Positions 12,214 to 26,616 of a stretch of 50,563 nt of DNA are shown here, in pieces. The stretch is from Octopus bimaculoides (lineage: Eukaryota), in assembly GCF_001194135.2 (NCBI RefSeq), contig NC_069006.1:25854515-25905077 (forward strand), read 5' to 3'. Made by a program: the position numbers and the translations under genes. Position 1 is the first letter of the stretch. Every line of letters begins with the position of its first letter. The notes under the pieces are model-generated. The model ran no database searches, was not told the origin of the DNA, and saw only the letters and a list, made by a program, of their open reading frames with translations.

Positions 12214-13976
12214 TAGATTTAGTTTCAAACTCTCAGCCCTCTCACTCTCTGCATCGCTCTGATTCAAGATGCAAATGGTGCCTGTGGAATACTCTGCCGT
12301 TTTGCATTGCAATTCAAAGAGTGGAGAGTTCAGTTGATTGAACAACAGAATAATTATGATTGGAAATTCCAACAAAGATCTATTTACTTAATTAGTGGTT
12401 CCCTTGGTAGCTTGTTAATTAGTTGAAGAGATAGTAGATGAAGGAGTTACATGTTTGCAGATAACAGAGGTTGTTAGTGTCAGTGGTGGTGATGGTGGAG
12501 GTAGTGGTATTGGTGGTGGAGGTAGTGGTATTGGTGGTGGTGGTGGTGGTGGTATTGGTGGTGGTGGTGGTGGTGGTGGTATTGGTGGTGGTGGTGGTGG
12601 TATTGGTGGTGGATTTGACTTTGCATTTGTTTCAGTAAGGAAGAAAGCGGAAATGAAACTTTTGTATCCTTCTATAGGTTGGATATACAGATTCCACGAA
12701 TCGGGGATAGACACAACTGTCTTCACATGACGTACTTCAAATTGCTTCACTAAACACGGTACACCAATAAATACAAACTCTCAACAACTCCTACACCTTC
12801 TCTCTCTCTCTCTCTCTCATCTCAACCAATACACTATGTTTTATAAGAGTTCGGCTAGTCCATTGTTCCAATCCCACCGGGGTGTCAATGACTCTCACCA
12901 CAACAGAAACCTCATTGCTTACATTCACCATCAACCTCGTTATCACATGCATTTGCAGCATGTTGATGACACTACAATGAGAATCTTCCTGATTAAGTAC
13001 AGGTTCTTACATCAAATGAAGCCATTAAATATCCATCATGGCTGATCTTACCAAACGGTTTCATGTAAAGAATACAATGGAGTGTTAGGTAACAATCCAA
13101 TTATATAACTTTACATTCATCAGTGATAGCCGATATGGAAGGGAATATGCGAATATACCCACTCGACTGACAGATATATGAGTGTATCTTCTCCCCAACT
13201 TATGGTCTCTTAGACAACCAATGTTCGTATATATACATATATATATATACATACATATATATATANNNNNNNNNNNNNNNNNNNNNNNNNNNNNNNNNNN
13301 NNNNNNNNNNNNNNNNNNNNNNNNNNNNNNNNNNNNNNNNNNNNNNNNNNNNNNNNNNNNNNNNNNNNNNNNNNNNNNNNNNNNNNNNNNNNNNNNNNNN
13401 NNNNNNNNNNNNNNNNNNNNNNNNNNNNNNNNNNNNNNNNNNNNNNNNNNNNNNNNNNNNNNNNNNNNNNNNNNNNNNNNNNNNNNNNNNNNNNNNNNNN
13501 NNNNNNNNNNNNNNNNNNNNNNNNNNNNNNNNNNNNNNNNNNNNNNNNNNNNNNNNNNNNNNNNNNNNNNNNNNNNNNNNNNNNNNNNNNNNNNNNNNNN
13601 NNNNNNNNNNNNNNNNNNNNNNNNNNNNNNNNNNNNNNNNNNNNNNNNNNNNNNNNNNNNNNNNNNNNNNNNNNNNNNNNNNNNNNNNNNNNNNNNNNNN
13701 NNNNNNNNNNNNNNNNNNNNNNNNNNNNNNNNNNNNNNNNNNNNNNNNNNNNNNNNNNNNNNNNNNNNNNNNNNNNNNNNNNNNNNNNNNNNNNNNNNNN
13801 NNNNNNNNNNNNNNNNNNNNNNNNNNNNNNNNNNNNNNNNNNNNNNNNNNNNNNNNNNNNNNNNNNNNNNNNNNNNNNNNNNNNNNNNNNNNNNNNNNNN
13901 NNNNNNNNNNNNNNNNNNNNNNNNNNNNNNNNNNNNNNNNNNNNNNTGAGAGTTTCGTGTGTTTTGTATATATGTA

Positions 13977-14037
<61 letters not shown>

Positions 14038-14485
14038 GTATATGTGTGTATATGTATCCTCCCCATTTTTCTTGCTAGGGTCAGGTAGATTTTGGTGAGG
14101 TATATTTTCTATGGCCAGAAGCTCTTCTTCTCACCAACTTCTCACCTGTCTCCAAGCAAGATATTTTCCCAAGGCCAGGCATGCATTTTTTCTTTTAATT
14201 TTTTTTTTTTGTCAATTTTTTTTTTCCTATCAAGACTGAACACAAGCAACACCCAGCTTGTGTGTCAGTGATCTTGTTTACAACCATCACATGATATCAA
14301 AGTGTGAAGTAGACAATCATTTGAAGCAGTAATGGAATCTTAAGAAGATTTGGTTGTAACAGATGTGAAACTAACTTCTTGGAACGTTTTTAAAAGTCAA
14401 TATTAAAAAGCAATTACAACAATGAAAGAGAACAAGACCAAGTTGATAGGTGTGAAGCAAAAACAATGTAATTTGGTATATACAG

Positions 14486-14615
14486 GAGGGGGTGGGGAGC
14501 TGAAAAGTTCCTGGCTTTGAGTAAAAGAAAATACAGGATGAGGATCAGTGAATTATGATTTTATTCAACATATTCCCCTCTCACATTCACACACTTATTG
14601 CAGCAGTCCTTCAGT
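14486..14615 (-). mobile_element. Mariner-type element 3' end remnant
   Basis: Minus strand reads LKDCCNKCVNVRGEYVE* (mariner C-terminus-like), followed by a TIR-like end AAAGCCAGGAACTTTTCAGCTCCCC. Confidence 0.6.
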
Positions 14616-14742
14616 TGAAGGAGATTCCAAAGTCGTTCGTTGTTAGGAGTGTGGTAGAGTACAGTGTAAAGCTTGTCCACCTTCAGAATTACCCAGTCCT
14701 GTCGGTTGTATTATTATATACTTCCAAGCTGGACATTCTTCA

Positions 14743-14772
<30 letters not shown>

Positions 14773-14777
<5 letters not shown>

Positions 14778-14810
14778 GGTGGCCCAAAAGTAGGTTTACA
14801 GTTATTCAAC
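14773..14810 (+). mobile_element. Short Tc1/mariner-like terminal remnant
   Basis: TA + CAGGGTGGCCCAAAAGTAGG at the edge of a TA microsatellite; only one end seen. Confidence 0.35.
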
Positions 14811-14875
14811 TATCCCTTTTGCCTTCATATATTAACAGGTTAGATCTTAATTATAAAAAATATATNNNNNNNNNN

Positions 14876-14911
<36 letters not shown>

Positions 14912-16874
14912 CCATGTGTGTGTATGTATTGTGTATATACCATTTATATATATACATATATACAAACATGCACATGTACATGTAAATGTGTGTGCCTGTT
15001 TGAACAGTGTCTAAATATATGTATTTATGTCCATGTATGATAATCTCTGTGTGTGTGTGTGTGTGTAAGAGTAAGAGGGTGAGAAAAAGGGAGCAGAATG
15101 TGTGAAAGGAGTGGGAGAGAGTGGGGTGAAGAGGGTTTTCTTTTTTTTCTTTCTTACTTTGAACGCAGTGAGAAGGACATGATAGATCTGATCGGTTTAA
15201 AACAAGCGTTTACACATTGTTCAACAACATTCTTGCGTTGGGTGAAAGTAGGGAGAAAGTTTTGCGTGTCTGCGACTAGGAAGGAAGATACGCAACGTAA
15301 TAGAAGGAAGGAAGGAACGAAAATGAAAGAGGCAAAGGAAAACCCGACAGAAAAAGGGAGCACAGGAAAGGGGCATGGCGTGAGGAGCGGGGGGGGGGAG
15401 AAGCAGTGGAGGATTAAGTCGAGGAGGGTAGGTGGGTGGNNNNNNNNNNNNNNNNNNNNNNNNNNNNNNNNNNNNNNNNNNNNNNNNNNNNNNNNNNNNN
15501 NNNNNNNNNNNNNNNNNNNNNNNNNNNNNNNNNNNNNNNNNNNNNNNNNNNNNNNNNNNNNNNNNNNNNNNNNNNNNNNNNNNNNNNNNNNNNNNNNNNN
15601 NNNNNNNNNNNNNNNNNNNNNNNNNNNNNNNNNNNNNNNNNNNNNNNNNNNNNNNNNNNNNNNNNNNNNNNNNNNNNNNNNNNNNNNNNNNNNNNNNNNN
15701 NNNNNNNNNNNNNNNNNNNNNNNNNNNNNNNNNNNNNNNNNNNNNNNNNNNNNNNNNNNNNNNNNNNNNNNNNNNNNNNNNNNNNNNNNNNNNNNNNNNN
15801 NNNNNNNNNNNNNNNNNNNNNNNNNNNNNNNNNNNNNNNNNNNNNNNNNNNNNNNNNNNNNNNNNNNNNNNNNNNNNNNNNNNNNNNNNNNNNNNNNNNN
15901 NNNNNNNNNNNNNNNNNNNNNNNNNNNNNNNNNNNNNNNNNNNNNNNNNNNNNNNNNNNNNNNNNNNNNNNNNNNNNNNNNNNNNNNNNNNNNNNNNNNN
16001 NNNNNNNNNNNNNNNNNNNNNNNNNNNNNNNNNNNNNNNNNNNNNNNNNNNNNNNNNNNNNNNNNNNNNNNNNNNNNNNNNNNNNNNNNNNNNNNNNNNN
16101 NNNNNNNNNNNNNNNNNNNNNNNNNNNNNNNNNNNNNNNNNNNNNNNNNNNNNNNNNNNNNNNNNNNNNNNNNNNNNNNNNNNNNNNNNNNNNNNNNNNN
16201 NNNNNNNNNNNNNNNNNNNNNNNNNNNNNNNNNNNNNNNNNNNNNNNNNNNNNNNNNNNNNNNNNNNNNNNNNNNNNNNNNNNNNNNNNNNNNNNNNNNN
16301 NNNNNNNNNNNNNNNNNNNNNNNNNNNNNNNNNNNNNNNNGTTTGACAGGCAAGTATTTAATGCCCTTTTCACATGAGTCAAGCTTTGCCTGTATTAAAC
16401 TGATGTGCAACAAGAGCACATCGATTGCATATTTGGAAGTCTCACCCAAACAGCTTTGGCGGTGGTGGGCGTCGGTTCTGTTCTGGAAGGCTGTGCCAAT
16501 AAAAATGGATGCAGGAATGTCCATATATCATTGTATTTATTTTATAGATATTTTTATTTCAATTTTGGCGGTTTCCTTGTTTTCTTTTTTTTTTTTTTGG
16601 TAGGGTTTTTGAGATTTTTGGAAGTAAATTTCTGTAAAGAATTATTTTGTCGATGGAGGGGAAATAATTCTAATTTATTCCCTCAAAATGGTTTATTTGC
16701 CGCCACAAATGTTATTATGCATAAGTATACACACACACACATACACACACACACACACACATACACATACTTGAGCATGTATATTTTGTGTGTGTATGTT
16801 TGTATATGTATACATATATATATCTATATACACACACACATATGTATATGTATATATGCATACACGCACCCATA

Positions 16875-16940
<66 letters not shown>

Positions 16941-16961
16941 CATACACATATATATGCACAG

Positions 16962-17012
<51 letters not shown>

Positions 17013-18738
17013 CACACATACACACACATACATATATATACACATGCATATATACATATATGTAAATATATAGACATACTGTACATGTATGCATATATAC
17101 ACACACACACACATGTTTGTGTGTGTGTGTGAGAACATATATATATATATATAATTAAAGGCATATATAAACATACACATTTATATGTATATAATACACA
17201 CACACACACACACAAACATGTGTGTGTGTGTGTGTGTGTACATATATTTGTGTATGTATATACAGTGATAGATTGGCAAGAAATGGATATAGAGATGGAT
17301 AGACAGATATATATTGAGACAGGTGGACAGACAGACAGACAGACAGATAGAGAGTCAGATAGACTGACAGATAGATAGATAGATAAATAGATAGATTAGA
17401 TAGATAGATAGATAGACAGATAGATTAAGGGATAGGTAGAGACAGACAGATTTAAACTGAGTAGAAAGATAATAACCCTTTGCCAAATTGAACTTTAACA
17501 ATAAGGATTTTGGCTGGGTTTGCCACTTTAATTGTGTAATTGTTTCATAGGATTCCTCCATTAAAAATAAATGCTGGCATTTTCTTACCATTTTAGTCCG
17601 CCCTAAGGTGCAAGCGTTGTAATATTGAAGCAGCCATTTCTCTGTTCATAGGCTTTAAGTCTAAGGGGAATTGGATAACACATCACAGAGAATATGAATT
17701 CGGTAATTCTATACAATAATGTAATTACAGCCTAGCTTGGAAATATTTTTGGTTTATTTCCTCTATGTAGAATTTATAGTCTTGTCTTTATCAATATACT
17801 CTGGATCTTGTTAGTAATTGTATTAATTAAACTTATTAATAATAATTTTATTACATAGATAGATATTACTTCTGAAATATCTTTTATTAATCGCTTTAAC
17901 CTGTTTGGATCTGCAAGATTTTCTTGTGATTCCCTCTCGGTGATTGTCTTTGGGAGGAGGAACAAAAAAAAAAAAAAAAACATTTTTAGTATGATTTCTT
18001 TTTTCATATTTTCTTTAATTAAAATTGTTCTTCTAATGGAATTATTCTATATAAAATATTGAAACCAAATTTACATTTCTAATACCATAACCTCTGCAAA
18101 AGAAGGGGAAAAAAATTATGCAAATTTGAAAAACATTACTTTGCAGAAAGAAAAAAATTATATATATATATATAAGTGTGTGTGTGTGTATGTATGTACA
18201 TATATGCATATATCTGTATGTATATATATGTATATGTATGTGTATATATACATATATATTTATATATATATATATATATATANNNNNNNNNNNNNNNNNN
18301 NNNNNNNNNNNNNNNNNNNNNNNNNNNNNNNNNNNNNNNNNNNNNNNNNNNNNNNNNNNNNNNNNNNNNNNNNNNNNNNNNNNNNNNNNNNNNNNNNNNN
18401 NNNNNNNNNNNNNNNNNNNNNNNNNNNNNNNNNNNNNNNNNNNNNNNNNNNNNNNNNNNNNNNNNNNNNNNNNNNNNNNNNNNNNNNNNNNNNNNNNNNN
18501 NNNNNNNNNNNNNNNNNNNNNNNNNNNNNNNNNNNNNNNNNNNNNNNNNNNNNNNNNNNNNNNNNNNNNNNNNNNNNNNNNNNNNNNNNNNNNNNNNNNN
18601 NNNNNNNNNNNNNNNNNNNNNNNNNNNNNNNNNNNNNNNNNNNNNNNNNNNNNNNNNNNNNNNNNNNNNNNNNNNNNNNNNNNNNNNNNNNNNCTTGTTG
18701 CAAAAAGTGAAAACATTAAAACATTTAATCCTGAAAAC

Positions 18739-18769
<31 letters not shown>

Positions 18770-18796
18770 AGTATATAATAATAAAAATAATAATCT

Positions 18797-18998
18797 TTTC
18801 TACTCTAGGCACAAGGCCCAAAATTTTTGGGAAGGGGGCCAGTTGATTAAATCAACCTCAGTATGCAACTGGTACTTATTTCATTGATCCTAGAAGGATA
18901 AAAGACAAAGTCGACCTTGAACTCAGAATGTAGTGACAGATTAAATGCTGTTAAGCATTTTGCCTGGCATGCTAACGATTCTGCCAGCTCATTGCCTT
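18797..18998 (-). mobile_element. SINE family B, full-length, AAT repeats on both flanks
   Basis: TTTCTACTCTAGGCACAAGGCCC...CTGCCAGCTCATTGCCTT. Confidence 0.8.
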
Positions 18999-19637
18999 AA
19001 TAATAATAGTAATAATAGTTGCTATATCCTTGATGTCTCACTGTATCAAGAGTAGGAGCTCCAACAGGTGTCTATATGTACCTGGGACTACATAGACTCC
19101 TAAAACAATTAGCAAAAGCATGGTTTATGCTAGCAAGTCATTCACCTTTGGTTACTGTTTCAACCTTTCGGCTGTGGCCATGCTGGTGCATCTCAGTTTG
19201 GTTTCATTTGGCCAATTACATTGGCTGCTGTTCTTATTTCAGCTGAATATGTAATTTATCTAACTCTGTTTGTTGAACTACTAAGTTATGACAAGCACAA
19301 GGATGCAATTCATAAACAATTGATTTGCTTTTTAATTTGTGTAAACATAAATACAGACAGGACTGTGTGTGAGAAGACTTTCATTGAAGATGGGTGGGGT
19401 GGAGGTTGATTGAACCAGGAACCACTTAACCACTTGCTGGTGAAGGGAAATTCCTAACTGCATATCTATTCTTGTGTTTACACAAACACACGCGTACGCA
19501 CACACACACACACACATATTGTGTGTGTGTGTGTATGTGTGTGTAACACATATAACGTGTGTGCATGTTTGTATGAGTGTTTGTATGTATATGTATATAT
19601 TTGTGAATATGCATATATGTGTATGTATATATAAATA

Positions 19638-19678
<41 letters not shown>

Positions 19679-19819
19679 ATGTATATATACGTGTCAGTGT
19701 GCATGTGTGTGTGTGTGTGTGTGTGTCCATGTAGTATATAAAAGCCTAGTTTACCATATGTAGCAGCTATATTTGATTGTATGTATATGACTGTATATAT
19801 GTGCATTATATGATTACAA

Positions 19820-19864
<45 letters not shown>

Positions 19865-20192
19865 ACACACACACACTGCTGGAAGATGTTCTAAAGAATC
19901 TCATTGAAGAAAAGAAATCTCTTGGAAATATTCCATCTAATCTATGACTTGAGTACACTCGGCATTCTTTAAGAAAATTGATGAAATTGTTTCCCATGCT
20001 ATAATTTCAATATTAACTCATAATTTTATTGATTTAAAACCAGAGAAAAACTGCAAAAATTGAAAGATAAATATTTTTTTTACATTTTCATTCTGCATCA
20101 GTTATTTTTTTCTTCTTCTTTTTTTTATATATTCAATTTCAGATTTCATTTTTTTAAAAATAAATTGCTGTTGTGATTTTTCTATTTCTTTG

Positions 20193-20237
<45 letters not shown>

Positions 20238-20425
20238 CACACACACATACACACACATACACACACATACATACATACATACATACATACATATGTACAT
20301 ATATACACACACATACATATGTACATACATACATACATACATATACATACATATATGTATATGTGTGTGCATGTATTATTAAGTTGAAAGAATTATTATT
20401 ATTATTATTGTTATTTAGTAGAAAG

Positions 20426-20464
<39 letters not shown>

Positions 20465-20731
20465 GCACACTATTGGAATTTTCCAGACCTTTATTGAAAG
20501 ATCCGTATTTAATGTTCACTGGCAGTGATTGTCCTGTTTAGCTCTTCACACGGTACTTATCTCTGCGCTCCTCCTATCTCTCGAATAAAGCCGATATCGA
20601 AGAGACAAAGGGAATTCATAACTGGTTTTATTCATATTAATTTTCATTATTATCGATATTTTATTTAAGTCTTGCCTGTTGATATATTGATNNNNNNNNN
20701 NTAGTCTGGGTCATTTTGTCTCCCCCCCCTC

Positions 20732-20818
20732 TCTTGCTCTCTCTCTTTCTTGCTCTCTCTCTTTCTTGCTCTCTCTCTTTCTTGCTCTCTCTCTTTCTTG
20801 CTCTCTCTCTCTCTCTCT
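20732..20818. repeat. 16-bp CT-rich tandem (CTTGCTCTCTCTCTTT) x4, decaying into (CT)n
   Basis: Direct reading. Confidence 0.85.
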
Positions 20819-21371
20819 AACTTAAAAATTTACTTTACCCAAACCATGCAAAAATAATATCATGAATCTAATGGACTCTAATGCAAACATTTTGAAGTTA
20901 ATTCGAACACATCCAGGTCAGAGTTTGCTAAGTTAGAAATTTCATTAAATAACAATTGTGACCTGAGAGTTTAACCTTATATTCACTCATATTCTATAAT
21001 ATTCAGCTGAAATCATCATCTACTCTCTCCATTTTCAACTGATATTCAAAAACCTATGCTTTTTCTTCTTCCTCAAATTCTTTTTCTCTCACTATGTTCA
21101 CGGGTTTAACTGTCATGTTAAATTCTATATAATTCGTAGTTTTATGCGAAGTAGGATTATGGGTTACTCTGGGTCGGATTTCATATCCAACCAACGACTC
21201 TACTCAGAAACTGGGATGTGTCCTGTCATTTGTATGATTTGGAAGCTCCAGTTCAGAATGCTTAGCCATGTTCATTGCACATTTTATGTAGTGTTCTCAC
21301 TACATGAATAAATGAAGTTTGTACGAAACGTACGTACTGCTACAACCTATTGAATTTTTGTTGCTTTTCTT

Positions 21372-21431
<60 letters not shown>

Positions 21432-21618
21432 NNNNNNNNNNNNNNNNNNNNNNNNNNNNNNNNNNNNNNNNNNNNNNNNNNNNNNNNNNNNNNNNNNNNN
21501 NNNNNNNNNNNNNNNNNNNNNNNNNNNNNNNNNNNNNNNNNNNNNNNNNNNNNNNNNNNNNNNNNNNNNNNNNNNNNNNNNNNNNNNNNNNNNNNNNNNN
21601 NNNNNNNNNNNNNNNNNN

Positions 21619-21700
<82 letters not shown>

Positions 21701-22734
21701 TGTATATATACATGTATGATGTTATAATATACCTGAATGCTGTAGATGAAGATTTATGTACATGTATGTATGAATTCATCTTGACATTTCTGCATACACA
21801 AAGCAAATTGTAAACGCAGGTTTATAGAATGTCTGCCAAGCTATGATTTATTCCTATTCAAATGAATGGTAACACGTACGCATACGTAGACACAAGCATG
21901 CACATTACAGCACACGCAGGCACAAACACACACGCACACACACTCAGCCAGACATACATGAATGCAGACACACGCTATAAACATGCCCATACTTATTTTA
22001 ATTCCACTAATGTCATAAAAACAACCTGTCTTTTATGCAGACCATTTTTTCATGTTGTCATTTTATGATTTTGCCAGAGGGGGTGGGCAGGAGGCAGTGA
22101 CAGCATGGAGAACACTTTTTTTTTTCAACTTTTAGATAATCCATCCTTCGCTAACCCTCTCTAACTCTAAAGATGCAACGAGAAAATTAAAACTGATTCC
22201 GAACACTAAATAACAAAACGATGTAAAACCGTTTGAATTATGTCTTGGAATGGAGGAGGGGGTGAAAGAAAGAAAGAAAAAAAAAAAGAAGCTATCCATG
22301 AAATAGATACAAAACCAAATTAATCTTCTTTGTTTGTTAAATGGAGTCGAAGAGAATATGATTCTCTTGAAATTCAATGAAGCTTGTTCAACTTGTATGT
22401 TCTTTTATGAAATTCTGGGAATTTTCTGTGATTTATTTAGTTTTATTTCAGGTTTTCTTTGTTATTTTTTTTGATTTGTTCAGTTTGTTTTTGTCATATT
22501 TGCTTTTGCAGAAATTTTAACTTTATGAATTCTATTTTCTAAGCTCGGTTCTCTTGTTTTGTCTGTTTGCTTTTCATAACTTTATTTCAAAGTCATATTT
22601 ATAGTTCTCTCAAATTTAAATATGTAAGTACGTGCACAATACGCAACATGGAAACGAGCAGAAAAGACTGAATTTAAAGATCTTGTGAAAAAACTGAAAA
22701 AAAAGAAGAGACAGACAGATAGATAGATAGACAG

Positions 22735-22795
<61 letters not shown>

Positions 22796-23164
22796 TGCAT
22801 AGCTTACTGGTTAAAGTGTCTGTTGAGAGTAAGATGAAGGCCTTGAGTTGAGTTGTTGAATGCTTTTTTGGAATATCTTTTTGCAATTAAAATGTTATTG
22901 CCAACATTTATCAACTCCAAATGTAGAATATATTAAATCTAATATTTCTTCTTAGATCTAGCAGTTGCCAAAGTTGAGGTATGGAATTTAAGGAAATATG
23001 AGCTGCCCCCTAGTGTAGATGGTATGATTCCTGTCTCTAATGTCTGTGACTTGAATTGCATGCGTGCATCATACAGGCACACGTTTATTTTAAATGCCTA
23101 AGTGTCCCTTGCAAGGTTTTAGGTGCTTATGCAGTGATGGATACTGAATACTATACAGTTAGGA

Positions 23165-23226
<62 letters not shown>

Positions 23227-23228
23227 GA

Positions 23229-23333
23229 AGGTGTGTAGCTTAGTGCTTAGGGCATTCGGCTCATGATCATAAGGTCGTGAGTTCAGTTCCTGGCAATGCA
23301 TTGTTTCCTTGAGCAAGACACTTTATTTCACGA
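23229..23333 (+). mobile_element. tRNA-derived SINE, third family (head + CCTTGAGCAAGACACTTTATTTCAC)
   Basis: A-box-like TAGCTTAGTGCTT and B-box-like GAGTTCAGTTCC. Related copies at ~28935-29078 (-) and ~45825-45900 (+). Confidence 0.7.
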
Positions 23334-23361
23334 CCAAACTACTGAGATGGTTTCTCTTTAA

Positions 23362-23530
23362 CTCTTTAGTATTTAAACCAGCCCAAATATTCTACTTGTT
23401 TCAAATTCAAACTGGCTAGATTCACCCTTTCACACCTAGCCTACAAGGTCATTCTAAGAATAAACAATCACATCATTGAGATCTTGAAGCTGCGAGATAA
23501 TCCAGGATTAAGTTAAGAAAATGTTTAAGT
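23362..23530 (+). mobile_element. Same MITE family, partial
   Basis: TTAA-CTCTTTAGTATT start; internal CACACCTAGCCTACAAGGTCATTCTAAG...AACAATCACATCATTGAGATC. Confidence 0.65.
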
Positions 23531-23728
23531 GACAGAATCGTTAGTGCATTGGACAAAATGCTTAGCAGTATTTTGTCTGTCTTTACAACCTAGGATCAAC
23601 TTCTGCTGAAGTCGACTTTGTCTTTCATCCTTTCAGGGGCGATAAAACAGGTACCAGTTATGCACTGGGGTTGATGTAATCGGCTAACCCGTCCCTGAAA
23701 TTTCAGGCCTTGTGTCTATAGTAGAAAG
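23530..23728 (+). mobile_element. SINE family B copy ending ~60 nt upstream of the 23788 exon
   Basis: GACAGAATCGTTAG...GTCGACTTTGTCTTTCATCCTTTCAGGGGCGATAAAACAGGTACCAG...GGCCTTGTGTCTATAGTAGAAAG. Confidence 0.8.
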
Positions 23729-23787
23729 TCTCGTTATATACTTTGTTAGTAGTCATTGTCACTGAGAGTCTCTTTCTTTATTTGCAG

Positions 23788-24081
23788 GGGAAGGCATCAT
23801 CCAGTTTAAATTCAACATGCCATCATCACACGTTGATGGAGGAGGTTCAGAGTTCCTAAGGAACCAGCATTCCCCAATGTTGCCAAGAGCAAGGCAGTGG
23901 TTAGAGAAGAATGTACGAGGAGCAATACGAGCCGACGTGTCGACTCCCCCTGAAATGGAGCATTCTAGTAATCAGGTTCCACGAGCAACTCCACAGAACT
24001 GTTTGTGGACAACTAGCATTGATGAGACAGAGGAAACTATGTCGGAACTCGATGTTGACTGCTATGAACATAAACTGCAAG
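23788..24081 (+). CDS. Coding exon of an unidentified + strand host gene (294 nt, phase 1/1; possible start ATG at 23817)
   Basis: Pyrimidine tract and acceptor tctttctttatttgcAG (AG 23786-87); canonical donor CAAG|GTAAGT (GT 24082). Open frame throughout: (x)GG-EGIIQFKFN-MPSSHVDGGGSEFLRNQHSPMLPRARQWLEKNVRGAIRADVSTPPEMEHSSNQVPRATPQNCLWTTSIDETEETMSELDVDCYEHKLQ-G. Complex, CpG-richer sequence than its flanks; ATG context caacATG. No domain recognised. Confidence 0.75.
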
Positions 24082-25189
24082 GTAAGTTACCTGTGTCTAT
24101 GCTCGATAATTTCCAAATGCTGAAGGATTAAATATGACATTGTTGGCTAAAACCAATGCTTTATCCAGATTAGAGTAAGATTAAAGGTTCAATTTTCTAA
24201 GAGAGATGATCTGTTACAGGTGCTTTTAGGAGAGTCCACCCTGTTGCAAGTATTCAAGACAGATATCTTATAGAGAGCGACAGCCTCTATCCCCTCTGCC
24301 TGTCTTGAAGGCTCTTTAAAGGGGCAAAGGTGCAGCCTTTCCTTCTCTGAGTAAGCCTTAAAAATCAAATAAATGTCTGAATGCAATAGAAAATAACTTT
24401 AGGAGGCAGACAGATTTAACGAGAGGGGGTTAAAGTTTGAAAGTTAAACCATGTGATAGTGCAACAATAGAATTGGCAGGGGGCTGTCAGTGTTCTACAG
24501 TGTATCTCAACCGAAACAGATTGTAGGCACCAAAATCATAGCAGTAACATTTAATTCGATAAATAATTGACAAAGTTTGACACTTTGGTTAAAAAGTCAA
24601 GACTTCCATGAAGACAAACCATTTTTGCCTCACTGTTTTTTCTCCTGGGTTTGCTGAAGTCAAGATTTTTCGCCTTAATGGCCTTTTTTCTCACAAAACA
24701 TCACTGGAGTGAAGAAATAGATTTATCTCACACTATATCGCAGTATCGGGGGGATTTATCACATTGGCTTATTTCACGACTGTGAGTCACAAAATATCAA
24801 TAAAGATGTTTTTTTTTTATGTGTTTCTTTATAAATTGGAAATATTTGTGAGATGACAAATATTTGAAAGATCAGCAATAAAATTGCTTACATCTCCTCC
24901 TGAATATCGCAGACCATCCAACGAGGGAATTCATAAAGAGAGATGTAATATCTACAGTTTGGATTTATATGTCTTCGATGTCTTTTATATCTTTTTGAAT
25001 AAGCAAGAAGTAAAAATATTTCGACTTTTTATTTTGCTTACACACACACACACACATACATATTACTATACTTACTGAGATTTATGGACACACACACACA
25101 CACATACATGTATATGTAACATTTTCCTTGTTTTTCATTGATATATCTATATAATGTTGGCCATTAAATAAGAGTCATTAAGTAAGTTG

Positions 25190-25227
<38 letters not shown>

Positions 25228-25439
25228 ACACAAACACACACACACACACACACACATATATTGAAAGAGAAAGATTATACATAGACACACACACCAATAA
25301 CAAATGATGAACTTGCTCAGAATAATTGAAGCAAGTACTGAGCACGTGATTAAGAAGCTTACTGTGTAGTCACACAGTTCTGGGTTCAATTCTGCTGCAT
25401 AGCACTTTAGGTTGCCCTGTACTTTGCAAGCTGAATTTG

Positions 25440-25481
<42 letters not shown>

Positions 25482-26484
25482 GGAGACTGGGCTGGAACTT
25501 TGGATGGTGCTTTTTATGTGCCACCGACACAGGAGCCAGGATGTATGCATGAATCTAATTTGAGTCCAGGTATTTCATGATAACAAAATATAATAGGATA
25601 TTTTAAACATTGAAAACCTTGGAGGAATTTGGCAGAGTAAAATAGGAATGTAAGGTGTCCATAGATGAAGAATGGTTGAGAAAAAACTGGTCAAGAGTAA
25701 AAAACATTCACCCAAGATTTGCCACGATGGGATTGAACTTAGGATCACTGGATAACTAAATAAACTTTTAAACAATCCTCCTTACATGCATAGAATCTAT
25801 TTTTGCTCTAAGTAAGTAGGTGTGTATTTGGAACCATTTACTGTAATAAGGATTAAAAAGGAAATAAAATCACTCATTATATATTCACCGTTTGTGTGTG
25901 TGTGTGTGCTTGTGTGTGTGTGTGTGTGTGTGTCCCATTTTGTATCAGCTTCCATCTCCCAGCTGTTTGTCTGTCTGCTAGGCATTAATCTGATCATCTA
26001 TCATTACATCAATCTATTTAAATGCCTCTCTCTCTCTCTCTCTCTCTTCCTCCCCTCTCTCTCCTTCCCCATCTCTCCTACCCCACTCTCCCTTCCTCTC
26101 CCTCTCCCCTCTCTGCCAGCCTTCTCTATCCCTCTCTCTTCCACCTCATTCTCTGGCTTCCCCTCTCACTCTCTTTAACTGTTGGTTTTGTTTGACCCCA
26201 GGTCAACCCCATTCAGGCAGCCTACGATGAAAAGCATTCCAGCCATTCAGATTCCATCTCTTTTGTTTGTTTTGTTTGGTTTGGTTTTTTTGTTCTTTTT
26301 TGGCTGGTATTTAGGAGTGTGTTCTTCTCACTTGCATCATCCATTTTCTAACCTTTTTGATGCTGACCCACCTGAAACCATCCCTGCTTCTAGGATACAA
26401 ACTTCCTGTTTATTCAAATTTTAAAAAGCCTTCCAACAAAGTTTTGTGTTAATTTATGTTCCTAACACCAGTTGAAAACAATCC

Positions 26485-26565
26485 TTTCTACTAAAGGTAC
26501 AAGGCCTGAAATTTAGGGAGAGGGGGCTAGACAATTATATCGACCCCAGTATATAACTCAATAAC

Positions 26566-26616
<51 letters not shown>

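Noticed and set aside
15098-16603. 501-aa ORF, the longest in the track
   Set aside because: About 300 codons are Ns; the flanks are purine-rich low complexity.
23229-23300. tRNA gene
   Set aside because: A/B-box-like head continues into a SINE body shared with other copies; no complete cloverleaf.
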